Shown here: one piece after another, positions 37,030 through 49,142 of the stretch
How the letters are laid out: every line of letters begins with the position of its first letter
How positions within the stretch are numbered: position 1 is the stretch's first letter
Source of the DNA: Lama glama
Lineage: Eukaryota
Reading direction: 5' to 3'
DNA: 64,000 nucleotides
Assembly (NCBI GenBank): GCA_028534125.1
Contig: CM052816.1
Span: 11,658,001 to 11,722,000, forward strand
Translations under genes and position numbers: made by a program
Notes under the pieces: generated by a model
Database searches by the model: none
Told to the model about the DNA's origin: nothing
The model's input: only the letters and a program-made list of their open reading frames with translations

Positions 37030-38190
37030 CTACTACAAAATTCATATGCAGTATATATGTAAATTTCATATATATTAAAGAATGAACCTTAAGCTAGTGA
37101 GGAACTGATAGGGCATTCAAAAAGTGATGTTAGATAAATCTATTATTTGAGCAAAACCCATTGAATCCTTATATTAAGTTGTATAGCAAAACATATCACA
37201 AGTGGATTAAAATTTTTAACATAAAAAAACAAAATAGTAGAAGGAAACATAGATAAGTATGTATATGATCTTGGGATGGGAAGGAACCTCATGACAGCAT
37301 TGAAAGAAATCACAAAGGAAAACATTAGATAAATGTCTGCAATAAATATAGTAATTAATATAAAGCTCATAAAATAAGCCAATTAAACACTAGCATCTCA
37401 ATTAAAAAGATAGTGAGGGGGGTGGGGGAGAGAGAAAGAGGGAAGGAGGCAGTTCACATAAGAATAAATACAAAGACTCTCTGAATTTATAAAAACATTC
37501 ATCCTTACTAGAAATAAGATAAATTTTATTGAAAACAGAGTGGGTGATGAGACTTTTACCTGTTATGGTAGCAAAGAATAAATGATCGTATTCAAGTACT
37601 TTGGTGGGTTCATCTGTCCATATTCAGCTACTTTTCATGTAAATTGTTTTCTTTTAACCTTTAATCTTTTGGGGAATATGTGTCCAAAATACTAAAATTA
37701 AAATTCATCTTGGATGGAGTGACTTGGCGTCTTCTTACTCCCTTTTCAAAAGGGATAGTCAAGGATGAGGATAAAGCCTTAATGCAAGGACATCTGCCAG
37801 AGCATGGTTTAAAAGAAGGAAAAATGGGTGGCAACCTACGTGCTCAATAGTAAGGGAAGGGAACAACAGTGAGATTATGCCACCATTGAAAATTAGGCTT
37901 CTGCAGATACTTAAAGGGTAAGGGGAAATACTTGTGATATAAGGCTAGGCATAATAACAGAATTCTAAACTGTGCAGTAGATATTTCATGCAACAAAAGG
38001 TACCAAATTTGTGTTTATACAGCCTTCCGTAGCTCATTTGCTCTCTCTCTTTCTCTCTCTGGAAGAAAATATAACCAACAGTTGACATGGTAATAAACTG
38101 AAGGTAGGATTATAGATGGCTTTTATTTTCTTATTTTCCAAATGTTTTTCTGTGAGCATATATTACATTTATAATCAGGAGAAACTTACT
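37030..38190 (+). mobile_element. Ancient L1 (L1ME-like) ORF2 end and 3'UTR; probable upstream piece at 35110-35290
   Basis: gtggattaaaatttttaacataaa...tatgatcttgggatgggaagg; ggcaacctacgtgctcaatagtaaggg; gagcatatattacatttataatcagga. Confidence 0.62.
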
Positions 38191-38789
38191 ATCATCTTAC
38201 AAATTAAAGGCACCCCTTGAAGCACAGGTCTATAGATTTGAACCAGTCCATGTTGGACAGTCATCACAGGGCTCCACTTCTCCACGCCTGCTCCTGCTGG
38301 GGCTGTCCCGCAAGGGAGGATGGGAACGAGTCACTATCAGTATTTTTGAGAGAAGCCAGGCAAAGGTTGGGCAGGAAGTGCTTCAGGGGAGCCTGAGGCA
38401 GGGCTGGATGTCATGTGATCACCTGCCAAGTCAGTCCATTTTTAACACACGTATACCCTTCGCTCTCTGAATCATTTCAATGCCATCTTATTGTATTACT
38501 TGAGGTTAATTTGGGGTAATAACCCCTATATAAAGATATGAGTATAAATATAAGAATGATTATCTCTAGTGGATTAGGAGTCTATTAAATCATCCATGCT
38601 TTAGTATGATTTAGGACAGAAGCAATCGAATTGAATATATCTGAGGGAATAGGAATTTTCTTCAAGAAAGAAGAAAGGGTTTTTGGCATCTGGTGTTCTC
38701 TGGCGGGCGGGAGCCTGTGGAGTGGTACTGCACAGTAGGGTTTAGGCATCACGAACACTCTGCAGTCCCTCGGGAGCTGGAGAGAAGTT

Positions 38790-39025
38790 GTGTATGGAGC
38801 AGTGGTTGGGATCTCGGGTTCTAGGTGCAGACAGACCTGGATTTGAGTTCTGGATCAATGACTGAGCCATTTCTGATAGTTACCTCACATTTCTGAGCTT
38901 CAGTTTCTGTATTATATCATGGGAAAAAAAACACCTACTTCATAGGGTAAGAGAGAGTGAGGGTAAATAGGATATTAAATTCCTGGGACATTGGAATATT
39001 GAATAAATGGTAATGATGGCGATAA
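38790..39025 (+). mobile_element. MIR SINE
   Basis: gcagtggttgg...cagacagacctggatttgagttctgg...ttctgagcttcagtttc...cctacttcataggg. Confidence 0.78.
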
Positions 39026-40129
39026 TGTTACAAGAAATTTTCTACCTCTCTTTCTAAATTTGTAGCTGGCGGTATAGCAGAAACAAAATCTGTCATGTTA
39101 CGCTTTTGCTGTCATATTTCAAAGTATATTACTCAGTGGAACCCCAGTGACCTGAAAAAATTAATCTATCTTCAGAACTTGTTTTCATGCAGGGAGTAGC
39201 TGAGTCATCCCAGGAGAATCTGAGTCAATTATTAGGGAATCAAGGAAATAGAAATGACATTTTACAATTAGGTTGCAACTGAATAAGGAGGACATGACGG
39301 GCTGTTTGTAAAGTTTGCCTGGTGTGCCTTATTAGAATGTAGTAAAACCCCATAAGGAATAACTAATAAAGTTGAGTATAAAGTATTACGCTTTTCCAGA
39401 GTGGTATAGAAAAGCCAAATTTTACTATTTATGCTCCTATGTAAACATCATTAAGATGAGGTTCTGTATTGCCCCCAAAGATATATTTGAGCATTTCCTG
39501 CTAAATTAGAGCTGAATTTTATGACTCTCTTTTCATGAGTACATGCTCTGTCAGCAGAAGTTGACTGAAGGTGCTTGAAGAGGGGGAAAGTCAACTCGAC
39601 ATAAGCCTCTTTCTAATGTTTGCTGATGTATAAAACATCCCAGCATCCCAGCCACCAGAGCCCAAAGGCTGGAAGCAAACTGCATTGCTCCAGAGAACAA
39701 CTTACATCTCTGTGTTCTCTAGGCTTGAGAAGAAGTGTTTTCACAAAAACACCACACACCAAATAGGAAACAGTTTTACATCCCTTTCCCAGCTCCATGA
39801 CATCAGGAAGAGGCCAAGTTTAACCTGCCAGTTGTTGAGCTGTTTGCTGGTGATAATGAATGGTGATGTGGCTGGATCTGTGTATTTCCCAGATAGGTGT
39901 TCCCTGACTCCATGCTGAGTCTTCATTTTACTGGCCACAATTACCCAATTGTGCTTAATGACTCACCAGTTATTCACAGCATTAACCTGCTGGCAGGCCA
40001 AATCAAACTCTAGGACTAGTTATCCTTTACAACAACCAATGGCTTCCATTGAGTATTGTGTGTTTGTGTTATATTTCATTCCTTCTCTATTTCTTTCTCA
40101 TAGTTTCTTTCCTTGAGATTAGAGACAAC

Positions 40130-40300
40130 AAGGATTGTTGAAAAGGCAGTGGTTCAGAAGCTTATGGCTGCAGTCCTGGCTCTGTAACCATATGTATGTT
40201 TGAACTTGAACAAGTTATTTAAGGTCTCTTGCCTTGATATTTCTCGTCAGTAAATTAGGTGATTGGGCTTAATGATGTTTCTCTTACTGAAATGTGGTGA
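40130..40300 (+). mobile_element. MIR/MIR3 fragment
   Basis: gtcctggctctgtaacca...gaacttgaacaagttatttaa...gggcttaatgatg. Confidence 0.6.
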
Positions 40301-40339
40301 GTCTGACCCATCACATGCTTGATGACGTGGGATGTATGG

Positions 40340-40720
40340 GGACTTGTGAAGAATGGAAGAGAAATATAAGATGGCCCATGCCCACAGGAAGCTTGTATTC
40401 CTTGTAAAGGAAGGAGGGAGTCATTAAATCACAAGATGAGATGGTGTGTGATTAAGATACATGGTCAGCCAATGAATTGTCAGCGGATGTGAAACTAGGT
40501 GTCAGGCACTGAGTTAAGGGCTCTTTCAAGCAACGCTGTGAATGAATATGGAGTAGTCAGGGAAGGGCAGGTTAAGCTGATCTGCACTGATAGGGGAAGT
40601 TTTGTGCAGAAAGAAGGATTTATACAGTTGGAGATTGGGGGCAAGCAGGCAGGGAACAGTGACAAAGTGCACTCCTGGCAAAGGAGTCAGCAGGAGCAAG
40701 GTGAGGACGTAGAGTGAGCG
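40340..40720 (-). mobile_element. L2 fragment
   Basis: aaatataagatggcccatgcccacaggaagcttgtattc...ggaagttttgtgcagaaagaagg. Confidence 0.5.
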
Positions 40721-41304
40721 CTGCTGGTTTTCTGCTGTCTACCCTTATGCCTCCGCTTCTGCCCCCACCTTTTTTTCACCATGATTTTGCTTATAATCAA
40801 TCTGCTCCTGTGGGCCAGATCTCATTTTTCCTTCTCTTCTTCCAGTGTTCTATAGAAGGGTAATCAGGAGTCTGATACGGTGGACTTGGAATCTCTACCT
40901 GAGCATCTCTTTAGGCAAGATTCACTGAGTGACCAAAGTGGTGGTTCACGGATTCACAACCTTTTGTCTGTGATTTTATCCAGGGGGACAGGTTCATACA
41001 CGGGGTGTACTCTTCTCATGGGTCTCCTAGGCCTTTGTGGGGTCCCTGACTCTTGAACTGGCTGGCACTCCACCCCCTTTTTTTCCCACTGAAGAAAATA
41101 TACTTGAATGGTAGTAAGCAGGGATGACTTTGTTATGAGGACTGCCTTAGTTCACTGCATTAAAAAGGTATCCCCTTGCAAACTTGGGTTATAGACCCAC
41201 TTGTAGTAAAGAGCAGTGATAGATTTCATTTATTGAGTGTTTAGTATGTGCTGGGCATTGTGTGAAACACTTTAGGGAGATGATGTCATTTAAACATCAC
41301 AGTA

Positions 41305-41710
41305 GTCCCTGGAGAATGTCATTCTAAGAGAAGTAAGCCAGAATGAGAAAGAAAAATACCATATAAGATCGCTCATATGTGGAATCTAAAAAAAAAAAAC
41401 ACATAAATACACAACAGAAATAGACTCATAGATATAGAATACAAACTTGTGGTTGCCAAGGGGGGTGGGGTGGGAAGGGACAGACTGGGAATTCAAAATT
41501 TGAAGACACTGACAGGCATATGCAGAATAGATAAACAAGATTATACTGTATAGCACAGGGAAATATATACAAGATCCTGTGATAGCTCACAGTGAAAAAA
41601 AAAAGTGACAATGAATGTATGTATGTTCACGTATGACTGAAAAATTGTGCTGTACCCTGGAATTCGACACAACATTGTAAAATGACTATAACTCATTAAA
41701 AATGTTAAAG
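41305..41710 (+). mobile_element. Young camelid-type L1 3' end
   Basis: ccctggagaatgtcattctaagagaagtaagccagaa...gacacaacattgtaaaatgactataactcattaaaaatgtt; its 5' part is the reverse complement of the sequence around 19950-20025. Confidence 0.92.
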
Positions 41711-41744
41711 TAAAGGAGATCAAATGTTAAGAAAAATAAAAATG

Positions 41745-42190
41745 AATCAATTTTGACATTGGTAGGACAAAGATGAAAAAGATTGATAATACCTAATTTA
41801 GGTAAGGGAGGTATACACTGAGACATTCTTTCTAGAAGGCCGTTGGAAAGCCCTCCACCGTATACTAGATACAAATCTAAATATATAACATATTAAATAT
41901 ATGTGTACATTCTCCCTTTTGGTTCAGAAATTTAATTTCACTTTGGAGAATTTGTTATCCTAATATGTGCATAAAGATATACATACAAAGATGTTCATTG
42001 TATCATGGTTTACAATGCCAGAATTTTGGAAGGACACTAAATGCCCATTAACAAGAGGTTGGTTAATAAAATCATGTTAATAGAATGAATATTATGCAGC
42101 TGGTAGCCTTAAAATAATGATGTCTATATAGATGCATGGCTGTGGAAAGAACTCCAAAATTATTATCAAATAAATAAAAGAGAATCAATC
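41745..42190 (+). mobile_element. Ancient L1ME-like fragment, probably carried as a 3' transduction
   Basis: acaaagatgttcattgtatcatggtttacaat...aaatgcccattaacaagaggttggttaataaaatcatg; ends abruptly in AATAAA followed by A9. Confidence 0.65.
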
Positions 42191-42242
42191 AAAAAAAAAT
42201 CACAATAACTCCATGCAGCAGGGACAGTTATGCTCACCTTTT

Positions 42243-42470
42243 CTATGTGCCTGGCTCCATGTCAGGTGTTTTACAAGCATTACCTTATTTAATGCTCACC
42301 TGGTGCTGTAAAATGTCTACCGTTGTTATCACCCTTTTATAGACGAGGAGATAGGCTCTGAGAAAGGAAGGGACCTGTAAAAGTATTTCCCTGGCCGTAA
42401 GTGATAGTTTTGGGATCCAAACTAAGCTTTGATGATCCCAGAGACTGTGTTCTTTAGCCATAATAAGATG
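42243..42470 (-). mobile_element. MIR SINE
   Basis: ctatgtgcctggc...ttttatagacgaggagataggctctgagaaagg. Confidence 0.75.
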
Positions 42471-43204
42471 ACTGAAAAATCCTATGTAGCACACCTTACA
42501 ACGAGTCATAGCCCCAAAGGAGGGCTGTCCCCGTGGTTGAGAAACAGTGATGTGCAGGATTGTTTTTTTGTGATTTATTTTAAGTGGCTCTGTATATGCT
42601 AATTTGAAACCAGGCAGTTTGGGGAGAGAAGAGATAACTGGTAATGCCAGGGCTCTTGTGCTTGGCTGAGCAGTAGCGTGTGCTGCTTGGAATAATGACT
42701 AGAATGATGATGTCTTCCCGGACTATGTGGTGCATGGCTGGCTCTCAATTTATCTTGTGCAGAAACACAGGTAATGCACTCAGGTTTTCTGGGAGCTCTT
42801 AGGTTAATGTAAAAATCACACAAAGATTTCTCCCACGTGACCCCCAGGCTCCTAATTCAGGTTAGGGGCCCTGAACTGCACACACAGAATAATTAAACAA
42901 CTTTTGATTAAGCACTTCTATTCTAAATGTTGGGACGTGACGTTCCCATGAATGGAATTAAAGATTCTGACACCTACTGTGGTATGAACTTGGTGGGATA
43001 GGGGAGGAGGAGACATGGCTGGTACCAGGTATCCACTGTGAAACCAAGGGGTCATGGAATGGCTTTTCGGGGTTTAAAAAAATGCAGGAGGCTTGTTTGA
43101 CTGCATTAACACTAATCTCTACTGTGCCTGTGGATGGAGAGGCAATGCCTAAATGTGATGCCAATTTAGGACAAAACTGACCTGCACATCTAAGCCAGGT
43201 ACCA

Positions 43205-43715
43205 AACAAACAATAAAATATTTATGTAGGGTCTACAGCGTGTAAGGCCTTATGCTAGGCACTGGGAAAACAGAGGGGAAGAAGACATAAAGACCATCCT
43301 AACTGCTGTAGGCTTATGGTGTGGCCTGGACAAGTGTGTGATGACACTGACGTTGTATGAAAATGAGAGGACAGGGTGGTGTGACAGCACATAGTGAGGA
43401 GTGGAAGTGGGGGTGGGAAGGTCATCCTCAGCAGAAGGCATCTAAATTCAGAATGAAAATTTCATAGGAGTTGGCTAAGCAAGAGAGAGTTGGGGGTTGT
43501 GTACAAAACAGAGGGAAGAGCTATTTGAAGGCCAGGAGAGACAGAAGTCTTATGGTGGTGGAGGTGGGTGGTAGGAAGAGGGGGCAGGAAGGGACAAGAG
43601 TTGAAGCAGGAGAGATAGGCAGGGTCCAGACTATAGACGGCTTTGGACTTTGTGTTAAGAATATTGAGATTTCATTTTAAGGACAATGAGAAGTCATTGA
43701 AAGGTTTTAAATGGG
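43205..43715 (-). mobile_element. L2 fragment
   Basis: tatgctaggcactggg...ggagagataggcagggtccagac...caatgagaagtcattgaaaggttttaa. Confidence 0.72.
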
Positions 43716-45374
43716 CATCTTGTCCAGCAAATTTCAGCTGGTGGTAATGCCAGTAGCTGGCTCCGGTCGCTCAAGTCGAATGTTAATTATCATTGGGTGG
43801 ATTTCTTGGATCATCTGCCTGCATGACTTTCCTCTATAGTTGCAGAACACCCCATGCTTAGCATAGCACCTGGGTTCACAGGATATTTCTGAGTACAGGA
43901 GCCTAATTAGTTGAGGTGACTAGAACATGACATAAAGAAGACTGAGGGTTTGTTCACATATGGTCTGGGTGTTGTTAACTCTGTCCTTTGGCCATTGAGT
44001 TAGTAGTCTTATAAATGTATTCTCTATTGTAATGAGGAGGGAGCAACTCAACTCAGCATGATATGAAAGGTCGGGGCTGCAGTAGTTGGCCTGAGAAGGT
44101 TTGCTTAGGCCTCTGGGCCATGTCTTAGTGAATTGCATAAAGGTCTTAGTCTTCAAAATTGGAACTCTTAGTCAAGCCGGTCTGACTTGTTGTCTGAGTG
44201 TCTTAGATTAATCTACACACGCCAGTGGGCAGTGGAGTGGGCCTCACCCCTGTTTTTTAAATGAACTAGTTTCATGCTAACCTTAAGTTAAGGACGTGGC
44301 TTCTGTTCACTGTGTAACTCTTTTCCTGACAGAATATTTTGTAACTTGGCCTTCTTGTTCCCTGATAGCTTTTGCTTATCTGTAGTCTAGTGTGATATTA
44401 TCCAAGAATGCAAGGCCTTGCTACTTACACTTAAGACAGCATAAGCCACTGAGACAGGTTCTTGGAGGGCCTCAGTCTTGATCTGAAGGTTTCCCGGGAT
44501 CTCAGAATGACTCTGAGCCTATCATAAAATGACTCTATAGATTCAATTCTCTGAAAGAATAGGGACAATTATTATTTTGAAAATTGTTCAGTCAACTTGG
44601 TCAATTATTAATGATTCACCCAATGCCTGTTCTATACAGAGCTGGCTTCTAGGTGCAACATAGGCAAAGAGATGAACCCAGTCAAGCTCTGCCCTTAAAC
44701 ACTGGAGGAAGCAAGGGGAGATATCCCAGAGAGATGACGTGCTGCTGAAATGTGAATGCATTTTCCTTTCCTTTCCGTCACATAGGACCCAACAGCTTCT
44801 GAGCGGCAAGTATCGTGCAGCTTGCTCAGCATCCCCTAGTCTCATCTTCTTTCGCATGTGCCTATATGTGAGATTTTAAGAAGTCCTATTTTATTTATTT
44901 GGCATCAAAACATGATACGTAGGTGAGTCAGTGATTCAACTCCAGCCAGGGCCCATGGACGACTCTGTTTGCTTTCTGTGATTTTAAATGAAGGCAGACC
45001 TCAGAGTTAAATTATATATTCAATAAACCTGATACTTGACTCCTCTTGTCTTGGCTTGACAGTATCCTTAAACTTCAATGGACCAGAAAATACAATTGCA
45101 CAATGGCAATAAAATTGATGGATGTAACAATAAGGATTAGCTGAGATAACATAATCAGAACCACATAGCCCCCATGAGTACTACCCCTTTCTTCCCCCAG
45201 TTTAACTACTGCCAACCTTCCCCATCCAAACTCATCATTTACGTGGATCATGTACATGGATGTTGATACTTCCTCCTGCCCCTTGGAAAGTTTCCAAATG
45301 ACCAATTAGTGAAGACTTTATGCCTGATAATAATCATGTTATCTTCATTTCCTTTGGTTTCTCTAGTGTTTTCA

Positions 45375-45575
45375 TATATTTCATAGCACTCTCAAATGCA
45401 TTTATGTCAGCTTGGTCTTCATACCCCTGTAAGGCTGAACATGTAGTAATTTTCTTGTTTCACAAATGAAAAGACAGAGGCAGAGAGTAATGAGATGAGG
45501 CTCTCCTGGTCCATACCGCTGGTGAGTGTCAGTACTAGAGCTGGAATCAGGTCTTCCAACTAGCGCCTCTCTACC
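45375..45575 (-). mobile_element. MIR SINE
   Basis: ttgtttcacaaatgaaaagacagaggcagagag...gagctggaatcaggtcttcc. Confidence 0.68.
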
Positions 45576-45594
45576 GTGGTGATGAACAACATGG

Positions 45595-45800
45595 AACATA
45601 GCTGGGATAAAGTCCCAGCCCCCATTACCAGCTGCAGACTTAGTCAAAGTTCATAACCCCTCTAAGAACCTTTGGTTTCCTCATTTAAAAGATGGGGTTA
45701 ATTATAAAATCTACTTCTTAGCACCATTGTGAGGCGCCAGCACAGACGTGTGCTTAGTGCTGTGGCTGTCACACAGTAAGCACTCAGACATGGTTATCGC
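45595..45800 (+). mobile_element. MIR SINE
   Basis: gtcccagcccccattaccagctg...tttcctcatttaaaagatgggg...cacacagtaagcactca. Confidence 0.72.
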
Positions 45801-46604
45801 AAGGGCTAGTTCCTGGTCTGTATTACACATGTGTTGTGCTGTGGTCTGTATTATAGGTGTGAAGTGTTGCAACTTCAGCAAGCAAAAAGAGTAGGGAAAC
45901 AAAATTACCTTAAAACTATGTTTGCATTTGACAGCAGGCAACTCTTACTCACCCAAACTGCTTTCCCCAGGAAACAGGACGGTCTGTTTCCTCTTTTCTG
46001 CTGATGAAGGTTTTGCTTTAAACATATCTTTCAGCACAGCAGGCTGTGGTAATTCTTCCAAGTTGGCCACATTTACCTTTGACTCCAGTGGAAAAAAGAG
46101 AGCTAGACCTATTGGAGCATGCTTGGAAAGCTGGCAGCCTGAGACTCAAACTGTACTTGCTTTGTGCTCCCATCATTTGCAGCTCCACTAAGCTGTTACT
46201 TAAAAGAGCTTGCACATTTTCTGAGTGAAAGTTGGGATGTTGGGGAGCCTGTGTGCTATAGAGAAGGAAGAATATGCGGTTGTGCTTGCCTGAGTTATTT
46301 GCAGGTAGCTGTGGTCCGTATAGATGGGGAGACACTTGATTGTAGCACATGACAAGGTGGGACATGTTGTCAGGATTCTGCTCTCCTTTGATGAGGCTTC
46401 TAATAGCAGTAAAGTCAAGTTGTCCAGATTTTGGCTAAGCTGCTGTGGTACCTGGCATGTGTTACACATCCAAACTTGAAATTGCAGAATGTTGGGGCAA
46501 TTAGTGAGAAAGTTTCCCTGGATGAATGGAGAGGAGGGTCCCTACACTGAGAAGAAAAGTCACCCCTTTTTGATAACTCCAATTTTTTGTTCAGTCTCCT
46601 GTAG

Positions 46605-47530
46605 TTCATTCATTCATTTATGAATTTATTTATTCTTTCATTTACCTAATGTTAATTGATGATGGGGACACAGTGGGGAGCAAGAAGCAGTGATAATACT
46701 TGCCTTTAAGAGGCTTATTTTCTAGCATAAAAAGACAGACATTAAAGAAATAATCACGTACATGTATATTTAGTTAAATTCAGAGGTTTGCGAAAAAGAA
46801 CCCAAATATCCATTAGCTGTTGAATGGTGGTGTATCCATACAGTGGAATGTTATTTATCAAAAAAAGAATCACAGTGCTGATAATGCTCTAATATGGATG
46901 ACCCTTGAACGCATGTTGTCAAGTGGAAGGAGTCTGACACAAGGGTCACATACTTCATGATTCCATTCATATGAAATATCCAAAATAAGCAAATCCATTG
47001 AGACAGAAATATATTCGTGGTTGCCTAGGAATAGAGTGGTTGAAGGGGAAGAGGGTGACTGTTAATGAGTATAGAGTTTCTTTTTGGGGGTAATTAAGGT
47101 GTTTTAAAACTGAATGTGGTAATGATGGCAGAAGTCCGTGAATATATTAAAAACCATTGAATTGCATACTCTAAATGGATTGATTAGTGGATGAATTATG
47201 TCCCAATAAAGCTATTACATAGTCAAGAAGATCTATGAGTGTACATGAGAAAGCAGCCTGATCTATTCTGCAGAGACAGAGGAAGCTGCCTTGAGGAAGT
47301 GACGTCTGAGTGGAATTCTTCTGGATGGGTTGGGAATTACTTAGGTAAAGGTCTTTCGGGAGGATGGGGGCAGAATATTCCCAATAGAAGATCTGTGGAA
47401 TATAGGAGGAGCAGAACAAAGGCCAGGGCAGCAGGAGGGCTTTGAGAGCAAGAAGAGGAGTGGTACAAGATGGGCTGGAGAGATGATCATCGTGACACTT
47501 GCTTTGGGCAGACCCTGTTCCAGATGCAGC
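46605..47530 (-). mobile_element. L2 split by the L1MB at 46793-47219
   Basis: ttcattcattcatt...gatggggacacagtgggg; resumes ggaagctgccttgaggaagtgacgtctgag. Confidence 0.68.
46793..47219 (+). mobile_element. L1MB-like 3' end
   Basis: atggatgacccttgaac...tgattccattcatatgaaatatcc...gtttctttttggggtaa...aaaaccattgaattgcatactctaaatgg...caataaagct. Confidence 0.88.
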
Positions 47531-47634
47531 ATTTGTATCATCTAATGCAATCTTCACCATGATCCCATGAGTAGGAACAGTTATAGGCAGGGACAGACAA
47601 TGTTGAGCTTTACATACCGTGTTCAAAGTATTTT

Positions 47635-47765
47635 TTAGAATGCATTTCTATTTATTGTTTTATTATTTTATCTTATTTTTTTTTACTGGAGGTACTGGAG
47701 ATTGAACCCAGGACCTCGTGCATGCTAAGCATGCGCTCTACCCCTGAGGTATACCCTCTCACCCT
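47635..47765 (-). mobile_element. Vic-1-type camelid SINE
   Basis: ggaggtactggagattgaacccaggacctcgtgcatgctaagcatgcgctctacc. 18-nt TSD cc(g/a)tgttcaaagtatttt at 47617-47634 and 47766-47783. Confidence 0.93.
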
Positions 47766-48642
47766 CCATGTTCAAAGTATTTTATTGGAGGGCAGTAAAG
47801 AAGGCACAGGAAAAATAAGAAGACTTTTATTTTAAAGACTCCTCTCTGCTATTGTGTAGAGAACATTGGAACTAAAATGATTATAAACTTTAAGCCCTGG
47901 AAGAGGAGATTATAGTCAGTTCCCTGTACAAACTAGTTTCCTTTGTAATCTGTTTTTTTTTTTTTTGAAAAATCAGTGGGTGGACAGCATGGAGAAATGG
48001 AACTATTCAGAAAGTGTGTCCCACACAGAATTTAAGAACTCTTTGTCAAATGCATGAACCTTAGCTCTCAGTTCTATCAGTTTTAGATCAGTTAGCTGCC
48101 TCCCATGAGACAGAATGTGGAGTCCCTCAGGTGTCTCCCTGTGCATGTCAGGTTGTGGAGAAAAGACTTGTGTCACATGGCTTTATTGTTCTGGGTTCCA
48201 GCAGGTAGTCAAGGGTAAGGGTTCATTCAGGCCATGGGTTCTGGAGTCAGACAGATTCTGACTTTGGAATTATAGACCAGGCGTTTGTCCTGAGCCAAGC
48301 CTGATGAGTCAGCAGCTGGAAAGAGCTCATGGCTGGCTAAGAGCATCGCTGTGGGATGGTTCTGTAACACATCAGTGCTTGGAGGTCTCAGTTGCCATGC
48401 ATGAGGTATGTCATAATTCATCACCAGTATAGCATGTTGGTATTAGATGAAGAGTGCTGGGCTTGATGGAGAAGCCTCTCAGTTGAGAACAAAGGTCAGT
48501 AAGAGCCCTGCATTCTCGGCTGAGAGAACTGCTTGTTGGTGAGAAGAGCCACATTCTCATCTTGCTGCTGACGGGACCTATCTCAGCGCCAGCGCTGCCC
48601 CCTCAGAGGGAGACAACAAGGTAGACGGTTACGTGGAGAGGG

Positions 48643-49142
48643 TGTTAGTTTCCTATTACTATGGTAAAACATAACAGCTTTATGTCTTAAAAACAACGTA
48701 CATGTATCCTGTCACAGTTCTGCAGGTCAGAAATGTGACACGGGTCTCACTGGGCTACAGTGAAGGTGTCAGCAGGGCTGGATTCCTTTCTGGAGGCTCT
48801 CAGGGAAGGTCTGTTTCCATTTCTTTTTCTGGCTTCTAGAGGCTGCACCCAGGTCTTGGCTCAAGGCTCGCTTCGTACATCTTCAAAGCCGGCGATATTA
48901 GGCTGAGTCCTCTTCATTCTGTGATCTCTGTTTCTTTCTTGTCTGCCTCCCTCTTCCACTATTAAGAAGCCTTGTGATTGCATTGGGCCCACTTGGGTAA
49001 CACAGACTAATCTCCTTTTTTCAAAAAGTTGGCCAATTAATAACCTTAATTCCATCTGCAATCTTAATTCCCCCTTGCTGTGTAATGTAACAAAGTTTAC
49101 AGGGATGGATATCTTTGGGGGCCCGTTATTCTGCCTACCGCA
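48643..49142 (-). mobile_element. MaLR solo LTR (MLT1D-like)
   Basis: tgttagtttccta...cacagttctgcaggtcagaa...ttctggaggctct...ttattctgcctaccgca. GAGGG on both sides (48638-48642 and 49143-49147). Confidence 0.9.

Larger units (their letters stand above)
41215..42242 (-). mobile_element. MIR split into 41215-41304 and 42200-42242 by a single insertion
   Basis: Left half catttattgagtgtttagtatgtgctgggcattgtg...tcatttaaacatcaca; right half cacaataactccatgcagcagggacagttatgctcacctttt continues the MIR collinearly. Confidence 0.75.
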
